Below the pieces are notes generated by a model. That model was given only the letters and a program-made list of their open reading frames with translations. It was not told where the DNA came from and did not search any database. DNA of 64,000 nt from an uncultured Faecalibacterium sp. (lineage in GTDB: Bacteria; Bacillota; Clostridia; Oscillospirales; Ruminococcaceae): NCBI GenBank assembly GCA_937880095.1, contig CALFLK010000025.1:108351-172350 (forward strand), read 5' to 3'. The position numbers and the translations under genes are program-made. Within the stretch, counting starts at the first letter, position 1; each line of letters starts with the position of its first letter. This document shows positions 10,611-20,416 of the stretch, one piece after another.

Positions 10611-13047
10611 CGTCCTGTCCTCCTTCGTTTGTGATAACGCTGCCTGTAGAAACGGATGCATTCATCTCGCCGTGCAGCACACCGTCAAAGTCTGCATCCA
10701 CCATGCCGGATACATAACCACGCACATGACCCTGCAGCTTTACTGCACCGGTAGAGCTGTGGGTGGTACGGCGTTCAATGCCCTTGAGCTTAAAGCTGGT
10801 GCGCTCAATCAGGGTATCGCCCAGCACCAGAATTGCAGGCAGCACACCCAATACCAGCACAATAGAAATGATAGTACCACGGCCCAGACAGTTACCCATG
10901 ATGGCGATAACGGGCTGTGCCGACATATTGCCAATCAGCAGACCTGCCGATGCCATAATGCTGCCCGAAGTGAACACGGTGGGGAAGGATGCGTTCAAAG
11001 CCTGCACGATTGCTTCCTTATGAGGCATATGGGTTTTCAGCTCCTGATAGTGGCTGGAAATCACGATTGCATAGTCGATATTTGCGCCCATCTGAATGGC
11101 GTTTACAATCAAATAGCCCAGGAAATACAGCGGGGTCTGATTGATGGTAGGTACCGAGAAGTTGATCCAGATACTGCCCTGAATGACCAGAATCAGCAGC
11201 ACCGGCAGCGCCACCGACTGGAAGGTGAACAGCAGCACCAGAATAACGAACAATGCCGACAAAATACTGATCAGCAGGTTATCGCCCGCAAAGGACGCTG
11301 CCAAATCGCGGGAGCTGGTGGAGTTGCCCACCACATAATAATTGCCGGAATAGTATTTGCCCAAAAGGGAACGAATTTCGTCCAGGAAATGGAATGTTGC
11401 AGGGCTTTCTTCCGGCAGATTCAAAAATACAACCATACGGCTGTAATCCGGGTTATGCATCTGGTCCTGTGCGGTATCCAGCTGCTCGAACAGCTCGTCC
11501 ATCACTTCCTGTGCATCTCCACTCAGGTTCACATTGTGGGACTGCATCTGGTCTTTCAAAAACAGGAACATATCAAACAGCGGTACGTCGTATTCGGTCA
11601 AGCCGTTCAGCATTTCGCCGTACTGATCCTGCTCAAACGCATATGCCGTATACAGCGCACGCGCCACCTCGTAATCCAGACCGACCATTTCCGAGAACTG
11701 ACGCGGATTCACCGCATCCGTCAGCATATAGCCGTCCATGGCTTCCATGCTGGAAAGTGCCATCGTGCTCTTGACTTCCGGTCGGGATTCCAGCTCCTGC
11801 AGGATGGCTTGTTCGGCGGTATAGTTACCGCTGGGCACCACCAACGCCACCATGTTGGAAGAACCAAAGGTATCTCGAATCTGGAAATGCGCTACCTGAC
11901 GGTCGCTCATTTTGGCGGTTTCTACTTCATTGTAGCTGTAGCAGTAGGGGCACTGATTGGACAGCCAGAAAGCACCCACCAGCACAACTGCAAACACACC
12001 GGGCATCACATAGCGGGTTGCCACAGCAAATTTACCCACAGGGGTAATGTTGGGCAGCAGCTTTTTGTGCTGGGTCTTGTCGATCAGCGGACTGAACAGC
12101 ACCAGCAGACCGGGCATCAGGGTAAAGACGCTCAGCATGCTCAGCAGAACCGATTTGATCAGCACGATGGACATATCCAGACCGATGCGGAATTTCATAA
12201 AGGACAGCGCACCCAGACCGCTGATGGTAGTCAGCGAAGAAGCACTGATTTCCGGGATAGCCTTTGCCAGCGCATCAATGCAGGCATTGCGCACATCCTT
12301 GGTTTCGTGTTCATCCGAGAAACGGTGACACAAAATAATGGCGTAGTCGATAGCAAGCGCCAGCTGCAGCACCACGGCGATAGAGTCGGAAATGAAGCTG
12401 ATTTTTCCGCACAGAAAGTTCGTACCCATGTTCAAAAGCGCTGCTACACCAAAGGTAATCAACAGCACCGGAACTTCGGCATACGAGCGGGAGGTCAGGG
12501 TCAGAACGGCAATGATGATAACGACTGCCACCACCAGAATGCTGTTCATTTCCTGATTCAATTCTGCGATTTCATCATAGCCGATGGTGGTATCTACCGA
12601 TACGTCATAGCCGTCCAGTCGTTCCATGATGGTTTCCATAGCATCCAGAACGATGGGGTCATCTTCCTTGGCGGAGAAGTTCAAATCATACAAAGCGCAG
12701 GCGTCCTTGTAATGGTCTTTGGTATCATCAAAACCCACAATTTGCACGCCTTCCACCTCTGCCAGCATATCGCTGATTTTCTGAGCATCCTCATAGGTCA
12801 CATTCGATACCATGATTTGCGCCATAGCATAGGTTTCGAAGTTATCGTTCATGGCGGTCAAACCCTGACGGGTTTCGGTATCTGCCGGCAGATAGGTGGT
12901 CACATCGTTTTCCACCTCGACCCAGTTCATGGCAAACAGACAAAATACCACAGCAAAGCCATACAGTAAAAAGAATAAGTACCGCTTGTCCACAATAAAT
13001 GTGGCAAGCTTATGGAAAAATCCATTAGAAGAATCCTTATGGTCCAT
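10594..13047 (-). CDS. MMPL / RND-superfamily membrane transporter
   Basis: Two blocks of about six TM helices are each preceded by a large extracytoplasmic loop, which is the MMPL-type duplicated layout. The start was set at the third ATG (13045-13047), 6 nt after AAGGAG. The 3' end overlaps the GLUG gene by 17 nt. Confidence 0.8.
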   Translation of the reverse strand: MDHKDSSNGFFHKLATFIVDKRYLFFLLYGFAVVFCLFAMNWVEVENDVTTYLPADTETRQGLTAMNDNFETYAMAQIMVSNVTYEDAQKISDMLAEVEGVQIVGFDDTKDHYKDACALYDLNFSAKEDDPIVLDAMETIMERLDGYDVSVDTTIGYDEIAELNQEMNSILVVAVVIIIAVLTLTSRSYAEVPVLLITFGVAALLNMGTNFLCGKISFISDSIAVVLQLALAIDYAIILCHRFSDEHETKDVRNACIDALAKAIPEISASSLTTISGLGALSFMKFRIGLDMSIVLIKSVLLSMLSVFTLMPGLLVLFSPLIDKTQHKKLLPNITPVGKFAVATRYVMPGVFAVVLVGAFWLSNQCPYCYSYNEVETAKMSDRQVAHFQIRDTFGSSNMVALVVPSGNYTAEQAILQELESRPEVKSTMALSSMEAMDGYMLTDAVNPRQFSEMVGLDYEVARALYTAYAFEQDQYGEMLNGLTEYDVPLFDMFLFLKDQMQSHNVNLSGDAQEVMDELFEQLDTAQDQMHNPDYSRMVVFLNLPEESPATFHFLDEIRSLLGKYYSGNYYVVGNSTSSRDLAASFAGDNLLISILSALFVILVLLFTFQSVALPVLLILVIQGSIWINFSVPTINQTPLYFLGYLIVNAIQMGANIDYAIVISSHYQELKTHMPHKEAIVQALNASFPTVFTSGSIMASAGLLIGNMSAQPVIAIMGNCLGRGTIISIVLVLGVLPAILVLGDTLIERTSFKLKGIERRTTHSSTGAVKLQGHVRGYVSGMVDADFDGVLHGEMNASVSTGSVITNEGGQDDEENK

Positions 13048-13229
13048 AGGCATCTCCTTCATACAAAATCGTTCATATTTTCAAAATCATACAAATATTG
13101 ATTTTTGATATGCAGCTGTATTATAATAACAACTGCGGCAAGATGCAACCAACAAACAGACGTTGTTTTTTACGTTTTTGTACAGATATTTGTTTTGTGT
13201 CTTTTTTTATGCGAAAAGGAGGACTTTTT

Positions 13230-13805
13230 ATGGCAAAAGCCGAATACCGCAGTGCCATTCGTTCCCGTAAACTCATCACCCGGGCTTTGGCGGATTTACT
13301 GCAGGAAAAACCTTTGGACAAAATCACCGTGACCGACGTGGTACGCCGTGCGGAAATCAATCGCGGCACATTTTATGCCCATTACACCGACATTCCCGAT
13401 GTGCTGCATCACATCATCAATCAGATGTTCTCTCACATCCAGCAAACCGCTTTTAACGAAAACCATCTGCTGCCGGATGTATCCCATGTTCTGCCCGCTG
13501 CTATTCAGGAAGTGCTGGAAGACGACATGGATTTCTGCCGCAAGGTAATGACATCCAGCGCCGCTTTGCTGATGGAAGAACATCTGGTGGGTCTGACGGT
13601 GGATTATCTTTTGCGCCATGAGGAAACCTTTGGTTTCGGCACCCACGAACAGTATCTGCTTACCATCCAGTTCTGCGCCGGTGGACTGACCAATCTATAT
13701 CGCAGCTGGTTTGCCGGCAGTCTGCCTATTTCGCTGGAGGAACTGACGGGTCAGGCAGAGCTGCTTTTGAACCGCATTATCTCCGATAGCACCCCCTTAA
13801 AATAA
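13230..13805 (+). CDS. TetR/AcrR family transcriptional regulator
   Basis: Has the N-terminal HTH signature ITVTDVVRRAEINRGTFYAHY. An RBS (AAAGGAGGA) precedes the ATG at 13230. The gene is divergent from the MMPL operon. Confidence 0.85.
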   Translation: MAKAEYRSAIRSRKLITRALADLLQEKPLDKITVTDVVRRAEINRGTFYAHYTDIPDVLHHIINQMFSHIQQTAFNENHLLPDVSHVLPAAIQEVLEDDMDFCRKVMTSSAALLMEEHLVGLTVDYLLRHEETFGFGTHEQYLLTIQFCAGGLTNLYRSWFAGSLPISLEELTGQAELLLNRIISDSTPLK

Positions 13806-13811
13806 ATATGA

Positions 13812-13851
13812 AAAAAGAACCGCCCGATGCAATTTGCACCGAGCGGTTTTC
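13812..13851. terminator. intrinsic terminator between convergent genes
   Basis: An imperfect 12-bp hairpin CCGCCCGATGCA/TGCACCGAGCGG has flanking A and T runs. Confidence 0.6.
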
Positions 13852-14526
13852 TTATTTTTCAATCATATCGCGGAAATCCAGAATTTGCTCCTGCGTGTGC
13901 GCAACGATTGCATCCCACTGGTCTTTTCCACTTTCATCCTTTACGCCGACCACATAATACCCGGCTGCGCGGGCGGTATCTACCGCAAGCAGCGCATCTT
14001 CATAGACTGCGGTTTCTTCCGGTGCAGCACCCATTCGCTTTGCGGCAGTATCATACACGTCCGGGCGGTTTTTACCTGCGCCAACCACTTCGCAGGAAAG
14101 CAGAAAGGAAAACAGCTCTGCAACGCCAAGACGCTCCAGACAGTCCTCAATCAGCGGCTGAGAGGTAGCAGATGCAACGCACATCTGCACGCCGGACGCT
14201 TTCAGCTGCATCAGATATTCCCGCACGCCGGGTTTTAACGGCACGTCGTTGCGGTAATGCTCTGCCATCCGGCGATTCATATCTTCCGCAGCCTGCTGCG
14301 GCGTACAGGGCAAAGCAAAGGTATTGACCAGATAGCTTGACGACTCGGTCATGGTCATGGTTTTCAACGCTTCCTGCTGGGCTTCGTCCGGCTGGGGCAG
14401 ACCATGATCCTGTAAAAACTCACCCGCCAGATTGCTCCAAAACGGCATGGAATCCACCAGCGTACCGTCCATATCAAAAATCGCAAACTTTCGATTCATT
14501 CTTCGCACCTTTCGGCTTTTCGCCAT
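13852..14526 (-). CDS. HAD-superfamily hydrolase (beta-phosphoglucomutase-like phosphatase)
   Basis: Carries the FDMDGTLVDS motif I and later HAD motifs. The true start could instead be the ATG at 14499. Confidence 0.8.
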   Translation of the reverse strand: MAKSRKVRRMNRKFAIFDMDGTLVDSMPFWSNLAGEFLQDHGLPQPDEAQQEALKTMTMTESSSYLVNTFALPCTPQQAAEDMNRRMAEHYRNDVPLKPGVREYLMQLKASGVQMCVASATSQPLIEDCLERLGVAELFSFLLSCEVVGAGKNRPDVYDTAAKRMGAAPEETAVYEDALLAVDTARAAGYYVVGVKDESGKDQWDAIVAHTQEQILDFRDMIEK

Positions 14527-14565
14527 AAAAAACGGACGGCACTTTGAAAGTGCCGTCCGTTTTTG
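14527..14565. terminator. intrinsic terminator
   Basis: A 12-bp stem ACGGACGGCACT/AGTGCCGTCCGT is flanked by A6 and T5, downstream of the alpha/beta hydrolase gene. Confidence 0.85.
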
Positions 14566-14648
14566 CTCTTATTTTCTCCCCGGCAGCTTCTGCACTGGGT
14601 ATCATTCTACACCCGCAGCATCGCCAAAACAAGAGCAGGTACCGCAGG

Positions 14649-15611
14649 TCAGTCGAAGTCCGCCCAGAACTGTTTTACAACCGCCTCGTAACCGGTCCGA
14701 TTGCAATAATAGCTCATGCCGTGGTCCGCACCCTGCACGATAAACAGCCGTTTGGGTGCTCGGCAGGCTTCATAGTTTTCATAGGTCATGCCCACCGGCA
14801 CAAAGCGGTCACGGGTACCATGGACAAATAAAACCGGTACTTTACACTGACGCATTGCATCCACGGTGGAATAATCATCCAGACCCATACTGATTTTCCG
14901 GCGGCAGAGCAAATCTGCCAGTCCGCTTCGCATCTCAAACAACATATGCAGGTTCTTGTTCGCAACGTGCTTCCCGATGGCGCGGGGTGAGGTAAATCCG
15001 CAATCGCTGAGGATACCATGCACGCTTTCAGGCAAATCCAGCCCAGCCGCCATCAAAACAGAGGTTGCGCCCATGGAAATGCCGCTCAGATAAATGGGAA
15101 TCTCCGACCCGCAGCGCGCGATGATCCAGTTGACCCAATCCAAACAGTCGTATCGCTCCATCAAACCCAGACCCATGTAGGCACCGCCGCTGTTGTTCTG
15201 ACCACGCTGTTCCACATACAGCACGCTGCAATCCTGCTGCTCCAGAAAATCCGACACCATGCCGAAATCACGGCTCCAGGAGGACCGCCAGCCGTGCATT
15301 GCCAGCACCACACGCTTAGCATTTTCATTCGGGAACCAGTGTCCCGTCAGCATGACCCCGTCATGGCTGAGCAATTTGACGACTTCATGGTCTTTTTGCG
15401 CCAATTTTGCAGATGCTGCGTTCATTTCCTCCACCAGTGCATCCGGCTTACGGGAGCCTGATACATGACGACCCGCACGCTGGACCGTCTTGGGTTCGTT
15501 CCGGTCCATCGCCAAATCCACCATCTGTTTGGTTACGGCACAAGTAGCCATCGCCGTGGTTACTGCTGCAGCACCAGTTGCCAGAAGCATCGTTTTCTTC
15601 GACTGTTTCAT
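14649..15611 (-). CDS. alpha/beta-fold hydrolase with an N-terminal membrane/signal segment
   Basis: Has a GISMG nucleophile elbow (GxSxG), an HGWRSS oxyanion region, and C-terminal D and H residues in the expected order. Confidence 0.8.
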   Translation of the reverse strand: MKQSKKTMLLATGAAAVTTAMATCAVTKQMVDLAMDRNEPKTVQRAGRHVSGSRKPDALVEEMNAASAKLAQKDHEVVKLLSHDGVMLTGHWFPNENAKRVVLAMHGWRSSWSRDFGMVSDFLEQQDCSVLYVEQRGQNNSGGAYMGLGLMERYDCLDWVNWIIARCGSEIPIYLSGISMGATSVLMAAGLDLPESVHGILSDCGFTSPRAIGKHVANKNLHMLFEMRSGLADLLCRRKISMGLDDYSTVDAMRQCKVPVLFVHGTRDRFVPVGMTYENYEACRAPKRLFIVQGADHGMSYYCNRTGYEAVVKQFWADFD

Positions 15612-15694
15612 TGTTTCACCGCCTTATCTGCTTGTTCTCTTTCACTGTATGGGCAAAACCAAAAAATGGTTCTTACTCCCCGCATCCCTGCGGA

Positions 15695-17059
15695 TTATTT
15701 TTCTTTTGCACAGGATTTGCTGCAACGACTGCTGCCAAGCCACAGTTCATCCGCCACAGGCGACCAGTTTTCGGCATACAGCTTGCACTTGTCACACAGA
15801 TGCACTGCGGTTTCCGGAGATTGCAGGTCCGTGGATTTTGCACCCGTGCGGGCAACCATTTCGGGCAGGATATCCGGATTTTCCAGCATGGGGCAGGGGC
15901 GCAGCATATTCTCATTAAAGGGTTGCCCATCGTGGTACGCCATAAACAGGGGAGACTGCAAACATTCCAGCAAAGATTTTTCCCGAATGTTCGAGTCGGA
16001 ATAGTGGATAAACACGCAGGGGTCTGCGTCACCGTTGGCATTGATGTGCAGATAGCGACGTCCACCAGCGATACAACCACCCACATACTCTGCATCGTTC
16101 TGGAAGTCCATAGCGAACAACGGCTTTTCCCGGCGCAGACGGCGAATCCGCTCATAAATTGCGGTGCGCTGTTCGGGGTTGGGCATCAATGCAGGCGAAG
16201 CATCGTTGCCCACCGGCATATAGTGGAAATACCAGATGAAATATGCACCCAAATCAATCAGGCTCTGATAGAACGCGTCAGAAGAAATGGAATCCCAGTT
16301 CACGCTGGTATAGCAGGCAGAAATGCCGTACAGCAGTTTCTTTTTGCGCAGCAGTTCCATGGCGTGAATTACTTTTTGATAAGTGCCCGCACCGCGACGG
16401 CTGTCGGTTGCCTGCTCGTCACCTTCCAGCGAAATCGCAGGAACAAAGTTCTTCACACGCAGCATTTCATCCGCAAAGGCTTCGTCAATCAGGGTCGCAT
16501 TGGTAAAGCACAGGAACACACAGTCGGAATGTTTTTCGCACAGGCGAATCAGGTCATTTTTGCGCACTAGCGGTTCACCGCCGGTATAAATGTAGAAGTA
16601 TACGCCCAGTTCCTTGCCCTGGCAGATGATGCTGTCGATTTCCTCATAGCTCAGGTTCAGCTTGTTGCCATACTCTGCTGCCCAGCAGCCGGTGCAATGC
16701 AGGTTGCAGGCAGAGGTGGGGTCCAAAAGAATCGTCCATGGGATGTTGCAGCCCAGCTCTTCGCGTAGCTTTTCCTGTTTGGGCCAGCCAATCATTGCCG
16801 TATTGATAAAGAAGTTGGTTGCCAGCGTTTTGACCACTTCCGGGTCCACGTCGTTCAGCAGGCTCATTACATAGGCGTGATACGGATGCTCCGGGTTCTG
16901 GAATACCTCCCGCAAAATGCGGCGATGCTTTTCAAATTCGCCGTGGGAAAAGGTATCTGCCCAGTCCATCAACTTCAGCAGATTTTTCTCCGGGTCCTTG
17001 TACAGATAGCGGAAAACCTGATCCAGTCCAAACTTTTTCAGTGTCATTGTTGCGTCCAT
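15695..17059 (-). CDS. radical SAM protein with a Cys-rich C-terminal extension
   Basis: Has the CNLHCTGC (CxxxCxxC) radical-SAM cluster motif and additional C-terminal cysteines. An RBS (AGGAG) lies 5 nt before the ATG. Confidence 0.85.
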   Translation of the reverse strand: MDATMTLKKFGLDQVFRYLYKDPEKNLLKLMDWADTFSHGEFEKHRRILREVFQNPEHPYHAYVMSLLNDVDPEVVKTLATNFFINTAMIGWPKQEKLREELGCNIPWTILLDPTSACNLHCTGCWAAEYGNKLNLSYEEIDSIICQGKELGVYFYIYTGGEPLVRKNDLIRLCEKHSDCVFLCFTNATLIDEAFADEMLRVKNFVPAISLEGDEQATDSRRGAGTYQKVIHAMELLRKKKLLYGISACYTSVNWDSISSDAFYQSLIDLGAYFIWYFHYMPVGNDASPALMPNPEQRTAIYERIRRLRREKPLFAMDFQNDAEYVGGCIAGGRRYLHINANGDADPCVFIHYSDSNIREKSLLECLQSPLFMAYHDGQPFNENMLRPCPMLENPDILPEMVARTGAKSTDLQSPETAVHLCDKCKLYAENWSPVADELWLGSSRCSKSCAKEK

Positions 17060-17298
17060 GGTATGCTCCTTTTCAGTATCTTATTTGTGCAGAAAATTGA
17101 TATTTTCTTTGTTATGCCGTTATTTACGGGATAGCTTCTAGCCTCACAATCTCCTTGCTATGGCGTGGGGGCGTCTATGCTTTGATTTTAATTTTCCTGC
17201 ACAAAAACGCTATAAACAAAGAAACCACGCGGTCCAAATTTTAGGCACGCATGGTCGTTTGTCTAATCTGTTATACACGAAAAAGAGCGGTTCTTCGG

Positions 17299-17976
17299 TT
17301 AATCGGCGGGCTTTCTTTGGATACGCCGCAAGGGAATTTTCTGCATGATCCCGATGATTTGTCCCGACAGCAGCACGGTCAGCAGAGAATAGCCAATCCG
17401 CTGCACCGGAATATAAGAAAGCGCCATCAGCAGCACGGTTAAATCACTGATCAGGTAGATGCGCTCCACATTGGTGTGGAATACATACGCACCCACCATC
17501 GCGATGGCATCGTCGCCGCCGGGGGCTCCGCCGATTCGGACGCAAAGCCCAACACCAATACCAACAAACAGCGCACCCAAAATAGCGGCAATCAACGGCG
17601 TATCCGCCAGCCATGGCCAAAGCGGGTCAAACTGTTCGCAAATTTTGTAAATTAACGAAAAGCCTGTAGAAGCTACCATAGAGTAAAAAATAAAGACATG
17701 ACCCAGCAGCTTCCAGCCCACCAGATAACACAGTACATTCAAAATAAAACCAGATACCGCCGGGGAAATCCCCAGCCAATATTCCAGCAACAGGGTCAAG
17801 CCCAGAATACCGCCTTCCGTTACGCCGGAAAGAGAATGGACATGGTACAAGCCAAACGCCAGAATCCCGCTGCCTAAAACCGCAATCAGGCAATAGGACA
17901 GCTTGATTTGCCGCAGCGTTTCTAAAAACGTTTTTTGTATTTTTTCCAAGAAAGATTGCACTCGTGTGCGCCACAT
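17299..17976 (-). CDS. integral membrane protein of the YczE/YyaS/YitT superfamily
   Basis: A multi-TM protein with a GGAPGGDD-type motif. The ORF-track start at 18012 is a GTG without an RBS, so the internal ATG at 17976, preceded by AGGAGG, was preferred. Confidence 0.65.
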   Translation of the reverse strand: MWRTRVQSFLEKIQKTFLETLRQIKLSYCLIAVLGSGILAFGLYHVHSLSGVTEGGILGLTLLLEYWLGISPAVSGFILNVLCYLVGWKLLGHVFIFYSMVASTGFSLIYKICEQFDPLWPWLADTPLIAAILGALFVGIGVGLCVRIGGAPGGDDAIAMVGAYVFHTNVERIYLISDLTVLLMALSYIPVQRIGYSLLTVLLSGQIIGIMQKIPLRRIQRKPAD

Positions 17977-18085
17977 TTTCGATTTGTTCCTCCTGTTGTT
18001 TTCGGTGCACACCCAAAGGTGTGCTATTGTTCCCTTAGTATAAACTCTGGTATAATACCAGAGTCAAGCACAGGGAGGCGCTTTT

Positions 18086-18886
18086 ATGGAACGCTATTTC
18101 AAAATCGGCGAAATTTCCGCCTTATATGATATTGGCGTGGACTCGCTGCGCTATTATGAAAAGCTGGGTCTGATTCATCCCATCCGCTCCCAAAGCGGGT
18201 ATCGGCTGTACAGCATCCACGACATCTGGTGCCTGAATGTCATTCGGGATCTGCGTGGGCTGGGGTTCAGCATGGCACAAATTGCGGAATATCTCAATCA
18301 CCACACGGTGGAATCCACTCTGCAAACCCTTGCGGATGAAAGCCGTGCCATCAGCGAAAAAATGGCAGTTCTGGAAAAATTAAAGGCAAATGTGGAAACC
18401 CGTATGGAAACCATCCGCACTGCCGCCAGCCAGCCGGTAGACCAGTTTACTATCACGATCTACCCGGAGCGCCGGTGTTTTGCCATTGAAGAGCCTTACT
18501 CCGGCGATGCCGAAATGGACGTTCTCATCAAGCGGCTTTTGAATCGGGACAAAAATCGCTTTTACATCATCGGCAGCCAGCAGCTCGGCTCGATTTTGCG
18601 GTTAGAACAAGCCAAAAAGGGAGATTTTTCCCGTTACAGCGGTGCATTTCTGCTGGTAAAAGACGGCGACCGCAGTTTTCCCGCCGGGGAATATTTGTCC
18701 GTTTGCTATCGGGGCAGCTATCGGCAGACCGCCCGTTATGTACCTGCGATGCTTACCTATGCTGAACAAAACGGCTATACGCTGGCAGGGGATATTTTGG
18801 AGCTGCTACGCATCGACATTCACACTTCTGCCGACCCGCAGGAATATGTGACGGAATTACAGGTGCGGGTCGAAAAGCAATCATAA
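18086..18886 (+). CDS. MerR family transcriptional regulator with a GyrI-like effector domain
   Basis: Has the N-terminal MerR HTH (IGEISALYDIGVDSLRYYEKLGLI) followed by a coiled coil. The gene is divergent from the membrane protein gene. Confidence 0.85.
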   Translation: MERYFKIGEISALYDIGVDSLRYYEKLGLIHPIRSQSGYRLYSIHDIWCLNVIRDLRGLGFSMAQIAEYLNHHTVESTLQTLADESRAISEKMAVLEKLKANVETRMETIRTAASQPVDQFTITIYPERRCFAIEEPYSGDAEMDVLIKRLLNRDKNRFYIIGSQQLGSILRLEQAKKGDFSRYSGAFLLVKDGDRSFPAGEYLSVCYRGSYRQTARYVPAMLTYAEQNGYTLAGDILELLRIDIHTSADPQEYVTELQVRVEKQS

Positions 18887-18926
18887 ATTTCTGGTTTGTA
18901 TCCTGCGATTTCATAGGGAGGGCTTT

Positions 18927-19412
18927 ATGGAACAAAAGGTCTATCTTGCGCCCGGTGCGTATGTGCTGGGAGATGTTCGTATGGGCGAACAAGTCAACAT
19001 TTGGTATGGCGCAATACTGCGCGGCGATCAAGGCACCATCACCATAGGCGCAAACACCAACATTCAGGATAATGCCGTCCTGCACGAGAAAACCACGCTG
19101 GGTGTGGGCTGTACCGTAGGACATGGAGCGATTGTACACGGCTGTACGGTAGGCAATTTCTGTACCGTCGGAATGGGCGCGATCCTGTTAAATGGTGCTG
19201 TGATTGGGGACAACTGCATGATCGGCGCCGGTGCTGTGGTGACCGGAAAAACCGTTGCGCCCGCAGGTTCGCTGCTTTTGGGCAATCCCGCCAAAGTTGT
19301 GCGTACACTGACCGAAACGGAAATCCAGCATCTGCACACTTCTGCCGCCGGATATGTCGCCCAAGCAAAGGCTGCTCTGCCGCTTTGCTCTGCCGGAACT
19401 GCACTGGAATAA
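18927..19412 (+). CDS. gamma-carbonic-anhydrase-like / hexapeptide-repeat (LbH) protein
   Basis: Left-handed beta-helix hexapeptide repeats run throughout, and the N-terminus is YrdA/PaaY-like. Confidence 0.8.
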   Translation: MEQKVYLAPGAYVLGDVRMGEQVNIWYGAILRGDQGTITIGANTNIQDNAVLHEKTTLGVGCTVGHGAIVHGCTVGNFCTVGMGAILLNGAVIGDNCMIGAGAVVTGKTVAPAGSLLLGNPAKVVRTLTETEIQHLHTSAAGYVAQAKAALPLCSAGTALE

Positions 19413-19419
19413 CCGATAC

Positions 19420-19453
19420 AAAAAGCCTGTACCCATTTGGGTACAGGCTTTTC
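19420..19453. terminator. bidirectional intrinsic terminator
   Basis: Stem GCCTGTACCCA/TGGGTACAGGC is flanked by A and T runs. Confidence 0.85.
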
Positions 19454-19474
19454 AGCTTATATGCGCTGCTAAGA

Positions 19475-19984
19475 TTAGCCGATGGGCATAACCTCAACGA
19501 TCTTGCACACCAGAGAAGAATCGGTGATGTACTCGTTGATTTCCTTCAGAGAATCCAGAACAGCTTGGTCCTCCTCCAGCTCCAGACGCAGGACTGCACC
19601 CTGATGGCGCTCTTCCTTGGTTTCCGCAGTGGGGTTGGACTTATCAAACACCATCTCTGCGACCTTGTCACGCAGCAGGTTTTCCTGGGTGGTGTTGGGA
19701 GCCACGTTAAACACGATGTGGCTGTCATCACCAGCTGCACCAGGGGTCAGGATTGCGATGTTGGGGGTGCCGTCTGCATTTGCGGTAGCAACCACAGTCA
19801 CACCGGAATACTTTGCGATTTCTTCCAGCACAGCAGCCTGATCCAGATTGGTGTACAGGTTGGTGTAAACGGAGGGAGTGGAAACTGCGTCAGCAGCAGG
19901 CTTGTTGTCCTCTGCGGAGTTGCCGCAGGCAGCCAGACCCAGAGCCAGAACAGCGCACAGCGCCAGAGCAATGATCTTCTTCAT
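19475..19984 (-). CDS. lipoprotein of unknown function
   Basis: Has a lipobox signal peptide (MKKIIALALCAVLALGLAAC) and an RBS (AAAGGAG). The mature domain loosely resembles a PNPOx-type split barrel, but that is not secure. Confidence 0.6.
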   Translation of the reverse strand: MKKIIALALCAVLALGLAACGNSAEDNKPAADAVSTPSVYTNLYTNLDQAAVLEEIAKYSGVTVVATANADGTPNIAILTPGAAGDDSHIVFNVAPNTTQENLLRDKVAEMVFDKSNPTAETKEERHQGAVLRLELEEDQAVLDSLKEINEYITDSSLVCKIVEVMPIG

Positions 19985-20048
19985 ACAGAATCTCCTTTGT
20001 ATTTATGTTGATTTTTAGATGCAACAATGTATCTAACCGGATACACTG

Positions 20049-20077
20049 ATAGTAACAATTCCGCATCTTTTTGTCAA
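20049..20077 (-). promoter_or_regulatory. sigma-70-type promoter for the lipoprotein gene
   Basis: On the minus strand: TTGACA, 17 nt, TACTAT. Confidence 0.5.
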
Positions 20078-20154
20078 GATTTCTTCCAAATCCGTAACCT
20101 TTCATTGCGATTCTGACATCACAAAGTCTGTATTCTTGCATAAATGGTATTTGC

Positions 20155-20193
20155 AATCAAAAAGCCAGCAAGCGTAACGCTTGCTGGCTTTTT
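20155..20193 (-). terminator. intrinsic terminator after tRNA-Ser
   Basis: An 11-bp stem GCCAGCAAGCG/CGCTTGCTGGC is followed by a T-run on the minus strand. Confidence 0.85.
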
Positions 20194-20282
20194 TGGCGGA
20201 GAGTTAGGGATTTGAACCCTAGGTTCCTTTTGGGAACACAGCATTTCGAGTGCTGCACCATCGACCACTCGGACAACTCTCC
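20194..20282 (-). tRNA. tRNA-Ser (anticodon CGA), CCA encoded
   Basis: A manual cloverleaf fits. The acceptor is GGAGAGT/ACTCTCC. The anticodon stem CAGCA/TGCTG carries the loop CTCGAAA. There is a long variable arm GTTCC-CAAAA-GGAAC and a T-arm TAGGG-TTCAAAT-CCCTA. Confidence 0.9.
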
Positions 20283-20361
20283 ATATCACATCTAAATTAG
20301 TATACCAAAAACTATCCCCAGCGTCAACGGGCAGAGAAGTTTTTTCACGGCGGAACGTATG

Positions 20362-20400
20362 CAAATAAAAAGCCGCGTGCAAAACGCACACGGCTTTTCT
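20362..20400 (-). terminator. intrinsic terminator of the ABC-F gene
   Basis: A 9-bp stem with one G-U pair on the minus-strand RNA is followed by TTTTTATTT. Confidence 0.75.
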
Positions 20401-20416
20401 CTTATACGACATTCCC

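Noticed and set aside
7959-10634. Very long antisense ORFs lie opposite real genes: 7959-10634 (+), 10498-12969 (+), 39071-42115 (+), 56670-60203 (+), 33063-34931 (+), 781-2043 (+), 61955-63052 (-), and others.
   Set aside because: These are shadow frames typical of GC-rich coding DNA. Their translations are low-complexity (rich in R, H, Q, C, G) and lack RBSs and family motifs. The opposite strand encodes clearly recognisable proteins.
14649-17059. The radical SAM gene plus the alpha/beta hydrolase gene might form a RiPP or natural-product mini-cluster.
   Set aside because: I found no plausible precursor-peptide ORF with an RBS in the flanking gaps (17060-17298, 15612-15694), and no transporter, protease or immunity genes. 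This radical SAM architecture is widespread as a stand-alone gene.
18308-18318. The palindrome GTGGAATCCAC shares the TCCAC core of the recurring motif.
   Set aside because: It lies inside the MerR coding sequence, has no spacer architecture like the intergenic elements, and is most simply a coding coincidence.
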